Assembly: GCA_020184695.1 (NCBI GenBank)
Contig: JAANOX010000247.1
Span: forward strand, 1-64,000
Origin: Histomonas meleagridis 2922-C6/04-290x
Taxonomy: Eukaryota; Protista; Parabasalia
Length of the DNA stretch: 64,000 bases
Direction of reading: 5' to 3'
Below, in pieces: positions 21,130 through 32,664 of this stretch; position 1 is the stretch's first letter, and each line of letters starts with the position of its first letter. The notes under the pieces are model-generated. The model saw only the letters and a program-made list of their open reading frames with translations, was not told the origin of the DNA and ran no database searches. A program made the position numbers and the translations under genes.

Positions 21130-21260
21130 AAAAGTAGAAATTGGAGCTCTGAAGAAGATATTTATTTACTTCATATTAACATAGCGGAAAACATACGTGG
21201 TCGTTCGATTATTTCTTTCGGTGAACGCAGTTTTCGATAATGTTCAAGAAGATTAAAGAA
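21130..21260 (+). pseudogene. Myb-repeat remnant
   Basis: RNWSSEEDIYLL ... ERSFR*CSRRL resembles one Myb repeat with Q changed to a stop. Confidence 0.35.
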
Positions 21261-21669
21261 ATTAAATAGAATATTTGTTGATATCGGGTTAATAATACAA
21301 AATTATATTATCCCAACTGCATAATCAATTGTTGAAAAAAACGAAGAAGAAGTAAACCTTAGAATGAAACATATGAGGGATCTAAAACATCAAAAGCATA
21401 TCAATGATGACAAAGAAATTAATAATGAAATATAAATAAATGATAGAAACAATATTTTAGAATATAATTATAGTTATTTAGGTTATTGTATTGAACGAAT
21501 AGAAGGTACTAGAACAGGTCATTATTGTGATGAAGAAAAAGAGATTAGGCTTGATGTTTTTTTAATAGGAAGAGTACCTTTTATTTTTATATCAAAGCTT
21601 TTATGTGGACTCTGTGTAAACACCGTAAAAAACTGGATAACTTCTTCTAAGATATTAACTTTTGATGAG

Positions 21670-22050
21670 ATGTGTGAAATACAAAATATCGGAAAAATTA
21701 TTGAGTGGTTTGAAAACAGAATACCGAAATTCGTAAAAATAAGTGTTGGTGCATTAAAAATAGATGAAGACATATATATCACTTCAAAAAGTAATATAAT
21801 TGGCGTGGTTGATGAATATCTCATAAAAGATTGGTTAGATAATCACAACATAAATGAATTTAGAAATGACCCATATATATACACAAAATTTTGGAATCTT
21901 AATTATCAGAAAAATAATATTGCATTTTCTTTTATTAATTTACAATCTATACCAATGTTTTGTTCTACAGATTCAGAAGATACTCATTATAGAAATCAAT
22001 TTAATAAACAATTCCACAAATTGGTTGAGCAATTTTCGATGTCAAAATAA
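21670..22050 (+). pseudogene. Fragment of a decayed hypothetical gene
   Basis: 126-aa ORF; the frame continues after the stop (NILEINFENNFICNDG); upstream part is interrupted. Confidence 0.35.
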
Positions 22051-22564
22051 AATATTTTGGAAATTAATTTTGAAAATAATTTTATATGCAATGATGGTGC
22101 TCATAACTCTAATATAAAATTTATTAATATGTAATTCCCTTCTGAATTCTTTTGAAACGAGAAAAAACTATTCAGTATTTAACTTAAAACACATTCTGCA
22201 ATTTTAGGTAAAAAATTTTACGATTCGAGTAGACCCTTAACATACGAATTCAAAATGTGGAAATAAAACAGTACTATTCTCAAAAGCAACACCACCATTT
22301 GAGCACTTATTTGGCTTCCAATATAAATAAAATGCTTACAAATTTGGTTGAAGTAAAACGACATGTATTATATGGACCCATACATTCAAAAAGTTAAAAC
22401 TAATTTCACTGAAGTTTAAAACCACTCCTTAAAAGTTATTCATATTAACCAATAATTTCATGTATAAAAAGATTTTTATTCGAATTTAAATATAAAACAC
22501 AAATTATTATTAAACAATATCAATGTTTCATGAAACATTTAACCAGCTCCATTTTGGAAAAACA

Positions 22565-23158
22565 TTACTGGAATTTTCTTGTTGTTGCTGTGAGCACTGG
22601 TTTCTGGCTAGCTTGTTCATTTACTGTGCCAGTTAGTTGTTGACGTTGCTGAAATTCATGGATTAAATTTGGGATCGAAACAAGATTCTTTAGAGTATTT
22701 GGTTGTTCTGCTGGCTTTTCCACCACATTTCCTTTTGTGTTTGCTTCAATGGTTTTGGCATTTGAATTTAGAGGGCTTGGGTTGGAGTTATTTTCATTGG
22801 GAAACTGGAATTTAATTTTTGACTCATAGTATTTTACTAAAAGCTTTGAGCAATGGCTGTGAGCATAGCTTGTTGTGATAAGTTCTGGGTTATGAGAGTC
22901 ATTATATGATACGACCACTTTTGGTTCTTTGCCATCACTTATAAATCCTAGAATTTTTGTGATTTTTCTTGGTGGTTGACTACGTGTTGTTTGTCCTTCC
23001 CCAGTTTTTGTTGATTTACTTGTTTGTTTATTTTGATTTCTTTTTGTAATATTTGGCTTATTGTCATTTATTTTTTCTACTTCGTTTACATTTGTTTCTG
23101 GTTCCGTTTTCTGAGGATTTTCTTTTTGTTCTTCTGTTTTTGTAGTGATTTGCTCCAT
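22565..23158 (-). CDS. Chromo-shadow-domain protein without a chromodomain
   Basis: RKITKILGFISDGKEPKVVVSY...ELITTSYAHSHCSKLLVKYYESKIKF matches the HP1 shadow pattern kIlG..G.l.f...v..eA...cP..vi.fYE.rl; flanks are low complexity. Confidence 0.65.
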   Translation of the reverse strand: MEQITTKTEEQKENPQKTEPETNVNEVEKINDNKPNITKRNQNKQTSKSTKTGEGQTTRSQPPRKITKILGFISDGKEPKVVVSYNDSHNPELITTSYAHSHCSKLLVKYYESKIKFQFPNENNSNPSPLNSNAKTIEANTKGNVVEKPAEQPNTLKNLVSIPNLIHEFQQRQQLTGTVNEQASQKPVLTATTRKFQ

Positions 23159-23239
23159 AAAATGAAATAATAAAATTCATCAAATTTAAAACTTATCAAT
23201 TTTTGGTGGCAGCTTTAATATTTGAAAAGTTTTAAAAAA

Positions 23240-24553
23240 ATGGAAAATGACCAACAGATCACAGTAAAGATAAATGACGATGAAACAATTCGAATTTTAG
23301 GAAGTTTTGGACGTGAAAATCTTTGTGGCGTGTATCTATTAGGAATTTCATGTCTTGCAAGGATTTATGGTCTTTCAAAGCCTCAGGAAGAATACGCCTT
23401 TTTCAATAGCAAGGAAGAACTCAAAAAATTTATCCAAACATATCTCAACAATGAATGTGGTGAAATTTTGGTTGATCCCAAAGATGGTGCTTATTTATGT
23501 TCTATTGGCGAAAGCCCAACATATCTTTTTGTTAGTGCTTTACACTTCAACTCCAATAGAAGGCATTTATTTAGATGTACGAGATCTTTCTATACAAAAT
23601 ATCCAAAGTTTTTCACGTTATTTAAACTCAAAAGCCATTACAGTGTTAGACTTATTTTGTAATCCAGTTTGTTTTTGGTAGTCACTTAAAGTGCTTAGTT
23701 ATCTCCCAACAGATCTTCATTTACAAGAATATCCAGATGAAGCAATACCACTAATCACTGGATCTGCTTACTCTTCTTGACCGTACAGCAAAAAGTCAAA
23801 AGATTTCCTATGGAGCTCGAGTCATCACTGATACGCTTGTAGATATACTTCAAAATTATAATTTCCCTTACTATGAGATAGAACGTATCTACGAAGATCT
23901 TCTCCTTACATCCATTTTCCCAAACTTCACGTGAAGTCATCCACAAACGACGAGTCTTTTGTTGAACGTTACGATCAACTCTCAAACGGTCTCCATCCCA
24001 AACATAGCGATTCCAAGATTTGCTGGTTTCATTATGCCGCTCTATATGTATGCACATGAGACAAAAATAAGTGAAGATGATTTTTTTATCCAATCTAGAT
24101 CTAATTTCAACGATTTTTGCAAACTTCAGGAAACAATAGTTACAATCGATTGATAAATCACCATTTGTAGCTTGATTTTGCTTTGATAAACATTGTTTCC
24201 CATCTTGGCTAGTTCTGCCTGCAATCGATATATGCGCAGCTCTCGTTAATTTGGAAAATACAGAAGATTTAGGCGAATGGATATTTAACAATTGCTTAAC
24301 AATGTGGAAAGAAGCATAACATTGTTGACTGGAACCGAATTTGTGTATTATTTGTCTCAAGAAAATTACGAATAGTGGAGTCTTGGAAATGCTTGAAAAC
24401 CCATTATTTTCTTTGAATAATAAGGAAACACAGAAAATTTTCGAATACAAGGCAATGTATACGAAAAATCCAAGAGCAGATATATATGCTTTCTTAAAGA
24501 CAAATCCAAAAGGAACTGTTCAAGAGTTTAGAAAATATTTCCATAATAAGTAG
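23240..24553 (+). pseudogene. Multiply disrupted hypothetical gene
   Basis: Protein-like frames can be chained from ATG 23240 to TAG 24551 only across frameshifts (about 23630, 23760, 24190) and several in-frame stops. Confidence 0.55.
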
Positions 24554-24709
24554 ATATAAATAAAGAAAATAGAGATATAATAATATGTGAGGTGTTTAAA
24601 CGATCGTTTTTAATTCAATTCTCATTCAAATTCCTTATCGGATAAAAACAGTTCACATTTCATAAGTAAACGTGCATCGACAGGGAGCTCAAAATACGTT
24701 ATTAGAAAA

Positions 24710-26074
24710 ATGAACCGAAGAAATTTGCAAAATCAGAAAAATACTTCGGTTCTTTCACATAATGAAATGGAGAGGATTAAAAGATATGCACGGCCAATGA
24801 ATCAAGTTGATAATTCTGCAGAAATTGAAAAAACAAATTCATTACGTATGCATGAAAAAACTCTAGAAGTAACCAAAACCTGGGGTAATTCTGTTGCCAA
24901 TGAGCGTCAAGCACGAGTCACACGATTACAGCGACAAAAAGAAGAACATGAACAATATCTTAGAAAAATCGATGAAGAAGAAGCAGAATTCCAAAAACAG
25001 CAAAAAAAGGAACAATTGCGAAAAGCTCAAATTAAGGCATTCCAAGAAAAGCCAGAAATACGAAATGTTAATGCAAAACTTCTTCTTCGTCAAGTCGATA
25101 AAGAACGCCAACGCCAAATTCTTGTTAAAGAACGTCAAAAGCAATTAGAGCAAAAGCAAGAAGCAGAGTGGGAAGAAGAAGAAAAGCGTCGACTTGCAGC
25201 TGAAGAACAAAAAGAAAATGAAATACGACAACAACGACGTCAACGAGCAATTGAAGTTGCTGAAGGATTTAAGCGGCAAAAACTCGAAGCAGATGAAAGA
25301 AAAAAGCGCCAACGTGCCGAAGAAATTGAAGAAGAGGCTCTTCTCCAAAAAGAAGCACAACGACTTCTATCTGAAGAAGCACTTTCTAAACTTAAGCGAA
25401 AAGAACAAGAACAAAAGAACTATGAAGATATGGTCCAAAGTAACTTATCATTAATCGCATGGAAGCGGCGTCAAAAAGAAATTGAAGATTTAGAAGATAA
25501 GAAAATTATGGAACAAAAGATTGCGCTTGATAATGAAATGATTAAACGCCAAGAACTTGATAATAAAAGGCGTAGAGATCGTCAATCAGCTATAGATAAA
25601 ATGATAGAAATTCAGCAACAAAATTTAATGGAAATTAAAGCTAAACAAAAAGAATTTGATGATAAACAATATGAGCTTCAGTTCGAAAAAGATCGGAAAA
25701 ATATGGAACAAATTCGAATGAAACAAGAAAAATTAGCTGAAGAAAGAAGAAGAGAATATAACGAAGCGAAAATTAAAATGGAAGAAAAAAGAAATCGGAA
25801 AAAATTTAAAACAAATTTCCCTAAAAATGAATCACAAACATTAGATAATGATGAAACGTGGAAATTGGAAATGAATAAGTTAAATAGTAGAAAAGAAATC
25901 GCAGAGTTCCAAAAAAGACAAATCCAAGAAAAAAAAGAAAGAGAAGCAGCAGAAAGAGAAAGAGAAAAATTGGAGTTCATGAGAGATATCGAATTAGAAG
26001 AAGAAAGAACAGCCGAAGCACAAGAATATGCTAGACAAATGCTGACTTTAGCAAGGCAAAAAAGATATAAATAA
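24710..26074 (+). CDS. Trichohyalin-plectin-homology (TPH) coiled-coil ciliary protein, CFAP210/CCDC173-like
   Basis: E/K/Q/R-rich coiled coil; TKTWGNSV and IRNVNAKLLLRQVDKERQRQ match the TPH family N-terminal pattern. Confidence 0.8.
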   Translation: MNRRNLQNQKNTSVLSHNEMERIKRYARPMNQVDNSAEIEKTNSLRMHEKTLEVTKTWGNSVANERQARVTRLQRQKEEHEQYLRKIDEEEAEFQKQQKKEQLRKAQIKAFQEKPEIRNVNAKLLLRQVDKERQRQILVKERQKQLEQKQEAEWEEEEKRRLAAEEQKENEIRQQRRQRAIEVAEGFKRQKLEADERKKRQRAEEIEEEALLQKEAQRLLSEEALSKLKRKEQEQKNYEDMVQSNLSLIAWKRRQKEIEDLEDKKIMEQKIALDNEMIKRQELDNKRRRDRQSAIDKMIEIQQQNLMEIKAKQKEFDDKQYELQFEKDRKNMEQIRMKQEKLAEERRREYNEAKIKMEEKRNRKKFKTNFPKNESQTLDNDETWKLEMNKLNSRKEIAEFQKRQIQEKKEREAAEREREKLEFMRDIELEEERTAEAQEYARQMLTLARQKRYK

Positions 26075-26385
26075 TTTTTTTTAAATGTACATATACTCAA
26101 TTTTTATTTTAGTATTATGTTATACTGATATGCTTGGCGTTTTTTAAATCTTAAGTTTTAGCCATTTCGATATTTATAAAAAAAAACTTTTACCTACAAA
26201 TTTGATGATATAACTCACGATATGTTTAGGTGTGCTAATGTTATTGCTTATAAGAATGTTATGGTGCTTTAACTCACGCCTATCATTTTTTTATTTTGAC
26301 TTGTTTACAAAAATTATCGGCGTTGGGTTGTAAAGTCATTACAGTAACGGTTGAAATACATCTTTTTCAATGGTTAACACAGCAA

Positions 26386-27546
26386 ATGCCGATGTTCTTT
26401 TTTTTACTCCAACTAACACATTCCGAAAACTATGCAATTCTTCTATGCGGGTCCTATCAATACGTTAATTACAGGCACCAGGCAGATGTTTATTCAATGT
26501 ATACTCGACTTATCAAAAATGGGTTCAAGCGAGAAAATATTGTAACGATGAGCTATAATGACCTGGTATATTCATCCTATAACCCATACTATGGAAAAAT
26601 TTTCCATGATTACACACATGAAAATGTTTATCCAGGTGATGACTATATCAATTATAAAAACTCAGAAGTCACAGCGGAAAACTTTTTTAAGGTCATGACA
26701 AATCTTCCATCTACAGAAAAAGACATTGTTTTTATGTATTATAGCGATCATGGTTATGCAGGTTCTTTATCAATTCCAGAAGCAAATGGCGTTTCAATTT
26801 TAGCTGATGAACTTAATAATGCATTTAACTCAATGTACAAATTACGTAAGTACAAAAAACTATTATTCCTCATTGAGGCTTGTTTTTCAGGAAGTATTGG
26901 CGAAGCCATCCATGTTCCTTCAACAACTATACTGACAGCCTCTTCCAACAATGAAGAGTCCAGCTCAGCAGATTATGATGACTTTCTTGGCATCTATCTT
27001 ACTGATCAATTTACAAAAGCCTCATTAATGGAAATGGAAGAAAGCCCTAACCAAACAATCCAAAGCTTCTATCTTGGTGTCAAAGAAAAGACCGAAAAAT
27101 CCGTTGTTCATATATATGGTGATGAAAGTTTACGAAATGATTCAATATCAGAATATATCTTAACACCATTAAGTCCAAATAAGCCATCTAGGGCATTGAG
27201 GCCAACCATAAGAGAAGGCACACCAATGGGACCAAGCATCTTGAAGAAGGCCATGAAAGAATACGAAGAAGAAGCTGAGAAGTTTACGAAAAAGTTCGAC
27301 TTTTTCTTAGAAAAACTTGTTGACAAATTTGAAAAAGGAAAACTTGCGGAGTACGTTAAGAACGTCGAAACAGAAACTAATGATAAGTGTTATTTCGAAT
27401 CTTTAAGGCAAATTTACAAACAACTGAAGAGAGTTAACCAAGTTGACACAATCAAATTTAGGGCAATTGAAAAATTATGTGCTAAATATAGTCAGAAAGA
27501 AGTTATACAAGCGATTGTTGATGTTGGCAGCAGCTTAAAAGAGTAA
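26386..27546 (+). CDS. Legumain-like asparaginyl endopeptidase (peptidase C13)
   Basis: Signal peptide MPMFFFLLQLTHS; YAILLCGS, NYRHQADV, catalytic YSDHG and IEACFSGS. Confidence 0.92.
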   Translation: MPMFFFLLQLTHSENYAILLCGSYQYVNYRHQADVYSMYTRLIKNGFKRENIVTMSYNDLVYSSYNPYYGKIFHDYTHENVYPGDDYINYKNSEVTAENFFKVMTNLPSTEKDIVFMYYSDHGYAGSLSIPEANGVSILADELNNAFNSMYKLRKYKKLLFLIEACFSGSIGEAIHVPSTTILTASSNNEESSSADYDDFLGIYLTDQFTKASLMEMEESPNQTIQSFYLGVKEKTEKSVVHIYGDESLRNDSISEYILTPLSPNKPSRALRPTIREGTPMGPSILKKAMKEYEEEAEKFTKKFDFFLEKLVDKFEKGKLAEYVKNVETETNDKCYFESLRQIYKQLKRVNQVDTIKFRAIEKLCAKYSQKEVIQAIVDVGSSLKE

Positions 27547-27981
27547 AGGATCTTGAGGTTATTTCATTTTTGAGCATTTGTTAATACATAATTTTCCCAA
27601 TTCTATTGACTTTAAATGAAGATCAATTTTATCATATTCATCTTGATTTTATTTTTTATTTTTTTTAGTGTTTTAGCAATACGATCTCTTATAAATATAG
27701 TATATAACTCATGAAGGTGGTTTTATTCACAAATTTTTGATTAATAAATAGAATCAATTTTTATCATAAATATTCATGTTTATTTTGGTATTGGTGGAAT
27801 AACTATAACACAATGAAAAATACAATAGAGTAGTTTAGAGCTAGTATAAAAAATACATTATATTGGGCAATAAATATAAAAATCCCTCAAATAAAATTAT
27901 TTTTGAGGAATACATAATTTATTTATAATAACATTGTTTTGCATATTATTATATTAATTTCGTTGAGACAATTACAATTTA

Positions 27982-29115
27982 TTAATAAACGAAAACTTGA
28001 GTTTCATTCCACACCTTCATGAAATGATTTTCCAGCTTTGTGCAAACTCCCTCGTCGGTCATATGGAGCGCAAATGTTATTGCCTTGCTAACAATGATAT
28101 ACTCAAATGGCATTGGCATGAAACCGCAATTTTCCCCATTTGTATAAAATGTTGGCGCATATGACATGTTTGCTGTATGTATATCAATTCCAGAGAATTG
28201 TATAAGACTTCTATATTCTGCTTTTGAAGATGATGCTTCAAATAATGGAACAATGATTTTGATTGATGATCCCTGCAAAGCTTCTTTTTCTAACTGTTCA
28301 GAAAGTAACATCTTTGTCATGTCTTCCTCAACAACTTCTACACTAGAAAACATTGCTTGTGTGAGTACACTGATGTTCCCTCCTGGGGTGCCCCCGAAAA
28401 ATAACGATGCAAGAGTTTCAAGCGATAACCGGCCAGGAGGTTGTATATTGTGTGGTGAAATGCCAAAGAAGCAAAAACCGCCGGTTGGCAAGCTGTGCTT
28501 TGATGGAAAAGTTGAGCCAGGCATTGACGTCTTGGGGAATAACTTTGGGAACCCATGCAAAGCAGTGTCCTTGATTAATGTAAAAAGAGATGATGCATCA
28601 TTTGCAAAAGATTTGCAATTTGGAAAATGTATGAGAAAATCGCCTTGTGGTACTGAGAATGCTCCAAAAAGACGGGACGCATAAATAGAGCTTTTGCCAT
28701 CGGCTTGTGCAAAGAAAACAAATAGTTGTGATTCTGATGAATTGAATAAAGTAACATCTGCAAAATTAAATTGTTGATAGATCTCACGGAAGTTTGTAAC
28801 AATTTCAATTTTTACTCCTCTGTCACTTGCATTTTTTAATAAATCATAATATGGAGAAAAACTTGAATGTGGATTAAATTGACTTATAACAAGTTGAATT
28901 CTGCTTGTTGCAGAGTTGATGAATTCTGAAAATGGCTTTGGAATTGTGCCTTTTAGTTCATCATGTAAAAATAATAATGGAGGTTCAGAACATTGAGTTT
29001 CGAGATGAGTATAATCACATAGAAATCCGATTGGTATTACAACAACAAATGCAACAACGCAAAAAATAAAAAACGGATCAACAATTCTAAAGAAATTTGT
29101 TACCTTTTTTTTCAT
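27982..29115 (-). CDS. PLD3/PLD4-like type II membrane protein lacking HKD motifs
   Basis: N-terminal TM; FINSATSRIQL, LLKNASDRGVKIEIV and the C-terminal KLENHFMKVWN follow PLD3 order; neither HxKxxxxD motif is present. Confidence 0.55.
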   Translation of the reverse strand: MKKKVTNFFRIVDPFFIFCVVAFVVVIPIGFLCDYTHLETQCSEPPLLFLHDELKGTIPKPFSEFINSATSRIQLVISQFNPHSSFSPYYDLLKNASDRGVKIEIVTNFREIYQQFNFADVTLFNSSESQLFVFFAQADGKSSIYASRLFGAFSVPQGDFLIHFPNCKSFANDASSLFTLIKDTALHGFPKLFPKTSMPGSTFPSKHSLPTGGFCFFGISPHNIQPPGRLSLETLASLFFGGTPGGNISVLTQAMFSSVEVVEEDMTKMLLSEQLEKEALQGSSIKIIVPLFEASSSKAEYRSLIQFSGIDIHTANMSYAPTFYTNGENCGFMPMPFEYIIVSKAITFALHMTDEGVCTKLENHFMKVWNETQVFVY

Positions 29116-29181
29116 CTGTAAATCGGTTAATATCGGAGTAAACTATTCAATTTACCCAATAAAAAGAAAATTAAAAACAAT

Positions 29182-31053
29182 TTATTTAAAAATATTCTTG
29201 AAAGTACGCATAAGCGGACCTACCAACTCACGCCCACTTGTTTGGTGTTTCAATAAAACTATCTTAAACTTCAAAATTTCTTGATGAAATTTTTCATGAA
29301 TTTCCGAAAGTTCAATTGTATGATCACTTAAAGAATCGATTACTTCCAATATAACGCAAAGCTCATCATATACTTGATGACCAGAAGAAGAAACCCAACA
29401 ACCTCTTGCTACATTTGAAGTATGCTTTGTATGTTCACTTAATAAAATGTCAAATGTTTGATTTTCTTTTTTAATTATTTCCAAAAGTTTCGAAAAACTT
29501 TTGGAAATAATTTGTAATTGAAGGAAATCATATACAAGGTTTAAAAAGTTTAACATTTCGAAGAACAGAATCCTTAATAATTTTGTCGAACGCTCAACAT
29601 TTAAAAGATCGTATTGACATTTCTTAATCTTAAACAAGATCACTGAAGTTTGTTTATAAGCTTGAAGCTCATAAGGACCAATAATTGCGGATAATGGCGG
29701 AACAACTTCGAAAGAAAACCCAACACCTTTATCTGTCTGATTGATTGATATTTTGAGAAGATTTTTCATTGAGAATTGTTGAATAATTATCGAAAGATTA
29801 TTTGATAAGTTTAGTAAATCTTTTGATAATATTTCATCAATGAAATCGCCTCTTCCTAATAGAATGAAATCATGTATATATGTTAATGAATCAATTAATA
29901 AATTATCTTTCATGATTAAGTTTAGCATTAATTTATTCGATTGAATTGATGAAACTTTAATGTATTCTTCAAATGGTAATGTTTCATTAATTTCTAATTC
30001 AATTGGTTCATCAAAATTTCGTAAATAATTTAAACATTTGCCTGAAGAAAAAATCGTTTGTAATGTTTCTTCTGTTAATGTTAATGGTACAATCTCTTTA
30101 GCAATGAAATAGCGATCATGCCACCAATTGGAATAGATTTGAACATCAGTTTTAGTCCGGACAAAAAATTCTGAATATGGATCATTGACATATCCTTTAG
30201 TTACCCATGATTTAATCATTTTAGTGATGAACTCAAAACATTTCTCACACATCCGCATCGAAATAGAGCGAATGGATGGATCGCCATGTGATGAAATTAT
30301 ATAAAGAACATTGAAAATTGATGAAGCATTCTTCTCAAAAAGTGTGCTACAAATAATCGATGTGGATCTAAGATCATCAATTGGCTTCCCAGATAGCATT
30401 GTAATGAGTTGAGGAGCTGTGAGATGATCAAAAATTGATTCAATGGATGATATAAAATTTAGATGTTTGACATAAATTTCTTGAACAACTATAGAAGCAT
30501 ATTGATAAAGAAGGCTGTTATGGACTGAAAGAAATTTTTGTATAATACGAACCATACAGCCAATATCACTCACTTTTTTGGCTAGACTATAAAAATGCGG
30601 TGAAATTTTGGATGAAATAACAAAACGTTGCTGACTGTTGTTCCATTTAAAATTTGTGCCTTCAATTCCCTGTAAAACGAATAAAAAATCAAGAGGAATT
30701 TTTGACGATTGAGGATATAATTCGTTATCTGTTGATGCAACCTGAGTTCCTTGTTCTTCTGGATGATTTCGTATTTGATCAATTAGAAGAAATAAAGAAT
30801 TAGGAGAATTTATTGATTTAACAATCTTAATCATACATTTGTTCATATTTTGTATTTCTAAATTTTTCCCTTGAGACATTAGATAATTACTCCATTTTCT
30901 TTGAAAAATAGATGTATTGTAATTACATTGTTGAAAATTTAATGATTTTAAGAGATCTATGGCTAAATGAAGAGCATTTAAATTATTTGGACAGAATTTT
31001 TGTACAAGTTTATAAATTAAGAAAGAAGTATCAATGATTGAATCATGCTCCAT
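29182..31053 (-). CDS. Gamma-tubulin complex component (Spc97/Spc98 family, GCP3-like)
   Basis: DFLFVLQGIEG, SHGDP, IKSWVTKGYVNDPYSEFFV, IFSSGKCLNYLR, DFILLGRGDF. Confidence 0.85.
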   Translation of the reverse strand: MEHDSIIDTSFLIYKLVQKFCPNNLNALHLAIDLLKSLNFQQCNYNTSIFQRKWSNYLMSQGKNLEIQNMNKCMIKIVKSINSPNSLFLLIDQIRNHPEEQGTQVASTDNELYPQSSKIPLDFLFVLQGIEGTNFKWNNSQQRFVISSKISPHFYSLAKKVSDIGCMVRIIQKFLSVHNSLLYQYASIVVQEIYVKHLNFISSIESIFDHLTAPQLITMLSGKPIDDLRSTSIICSTLFEKNASSIFNVLYIISSHGDPSIRSISMRMCEKCFEFITKMIKSWVTKGYVNDPYSEFFVRTKTDVQIYSNWWHDRYFIAKEIVPLTLTEETLQTIFSSGKCLNYLRNFDEPIELEINETLPFEEYIKVSSIQSNKLMLNLIMKDNLLIDSLTYIHDFILLGRGDFIDEILSKDLLNLSNNLSIIIQQFSMKNLLKISINQTDKGVGFSFEVVPPLSAIIGPYELQAYKQTSVILFKIKKCQYDLLNVERSTKLLRILFFEMLNFLNLVYDFLQLQIISKSFSKLLEIIKKENQTFDILLSEHTKHTSNVARGCWVSSSGHQVYDELCVILEVIDSLSDHTIELSEIHEKFHQEILKFKIVLLKHQTSGRELVGPLMRTFKNIFK

Positions 31054-31407
31054 TTTTAAACGTTTACATTTTTGGTAGAACGTTTAAATAAGTTTTTATA
31101 AAAATATTTTTTCCCATATATTGATTTCATTGTAAGCATAAAGTTTTGCAAACAAATTCAAAATCAAAAAGTAAATATGAATTTCATATGAAAATTATGA
31201 TGTATATGTAAATCAAAGTGATGATCATATTAATCATGAAAATTATGTGGAAAGGTTTTTGCTTTCAAATACTAAAACATTGAACAGACTCACGGAATAG
31301 AAACTAAGAAAAGAGTTATTTCCAATATTTTACTCGAAAATTTATCGCTAAAATTAACGATCAAATACAAAACAAATTTTATGGGTAAAACCGTTGAAAT
31401 AAAACCG

Positions 31408-31914
31408 TCAAACCGTTTGTTGTGGGGGGTGAATTGGATTTGTTAAATGAGTTTCATCAAAAACATACTTTTCACTATCCCCTGCTATAATTTTGATTGA
31501 GGGTATTATGAATTTTTTGATTTGCTTTACTGGTTTAATTGGAATAACAAAATCTTGGTTAATATAATTATCCCAATTTGGGTATGCTGTGTAGGGAACA
31601 CGAATACAGTTCCATCTATTTCTAATATTATAAGACGTTCTTCCTGGAAAAAATTGTTCCATCTGTTTCCATTTTGGACCTATTTCTTGAACTTTAATTT
31701 TTAAAAGATTATCTTCTTCAGATGTCCACTTGCGCTTTTGAATGTTTGAAGAAAGATTGTTTTGCCACCTTTCTCTTACTTGTCGAACAGAACGATTTGG
31801 CATTTCACTTGCAACCTTACTCCAATCTGATTCCCCATAGATTTGAACAAGCTGTTGGAGCTTTTCATCTTCTTCCTTACTGAAGTGATTCCTCTTTTTA
31901 GGTTTCCCTTCCAT
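31408..31914 (-). CDS. R2R3-type Myb DNA-binding protein
   Basis: FSKEEDEKL...W..VA..MPNRSVRQVRERW and WTSEEDNLL...GPKW...FPGRT..NIRNRW. Confidence 0.92.
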   Translation of the reverse strand: MEGKPKKRNHFSKEEDEKLQQLVQIYGESDWSKVASEMPNRSVRQVRERWQNNLSSNIQKRKWTSEEDNLLKIKVQEIGPKWKQMEQFFPGRTSYNIRNRWNCIRVPYTAYPNWDNYINQDFVIPIKPVKQIKKFIIPSIKIIAGDSEKYVFDETHLTNPIHPPQQTV

Positions 31915-32664
31915 CTCTTTCTGATTTGAAAGTAACGATATTTTTTCATTTTAAGCCACAATTTCACAGCCAACTTTTTTCTGAATTTTAAATTTTCTGG
32001 GTTTGTCACTTTTGAAAGATTTCTTAAATTTTCTCGGAATATAAATTACATTTTACTGATTATTTCTGAGATATGATTTAATTGATAAAGTTAATTACAA
32101 AAAATCAAAATATAACTAATATATTATAAGTATGAAGCTGTAAATACGGTGTATTAAATCAATTAATTTGGAGGTTTAATTCAAAATTTTTGTCAATGCG
32201 ATATTAGCGGTTAATTGATTGAAAAACTTACAAGTGGATAAAAATGAGTTTAAGGTATTTACTGTTGAATTATCTCTTCTATTGCATAAGTTCCTCTTGT
32301 TAAGCTTTTATTTTTTAACAAGAACCTTTCCTTTAACAAAAACTATAATACTCCTTCTAAAACTTAGAAATCGCTCAATGTGTTGAAGTGGGAAGCATAT
32401 GAGGGAAGATTTGAGAAGGAAAATAAAATAATTTCACAAATTGAATAATGTTAAATTTACGTACACTCAGAAATCTCGTTCGGATTTTAGCTTTTTGTGT
32501 GTATATATGGCCAAATAAGAAGGTTAAAATCGGTTTCTTTCGTTTGTGGTTGTTCAATTTTTGTATTGAAAACGATAAAAAACAGAAATAAAAAAAACGT
32601 TTAATCAGATCAGATTGCATTGAACTTTTTAAAAACAAACCTCAAAAGCGTTCTCTGTAAAAAA

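Noticed and set aside
23755-24450. 231-aa minus-strand ORF
   Set aside because: It starts at a non-ATG codon, has no motifs, and is antisense to the better-supported plus-strand pseudogene.
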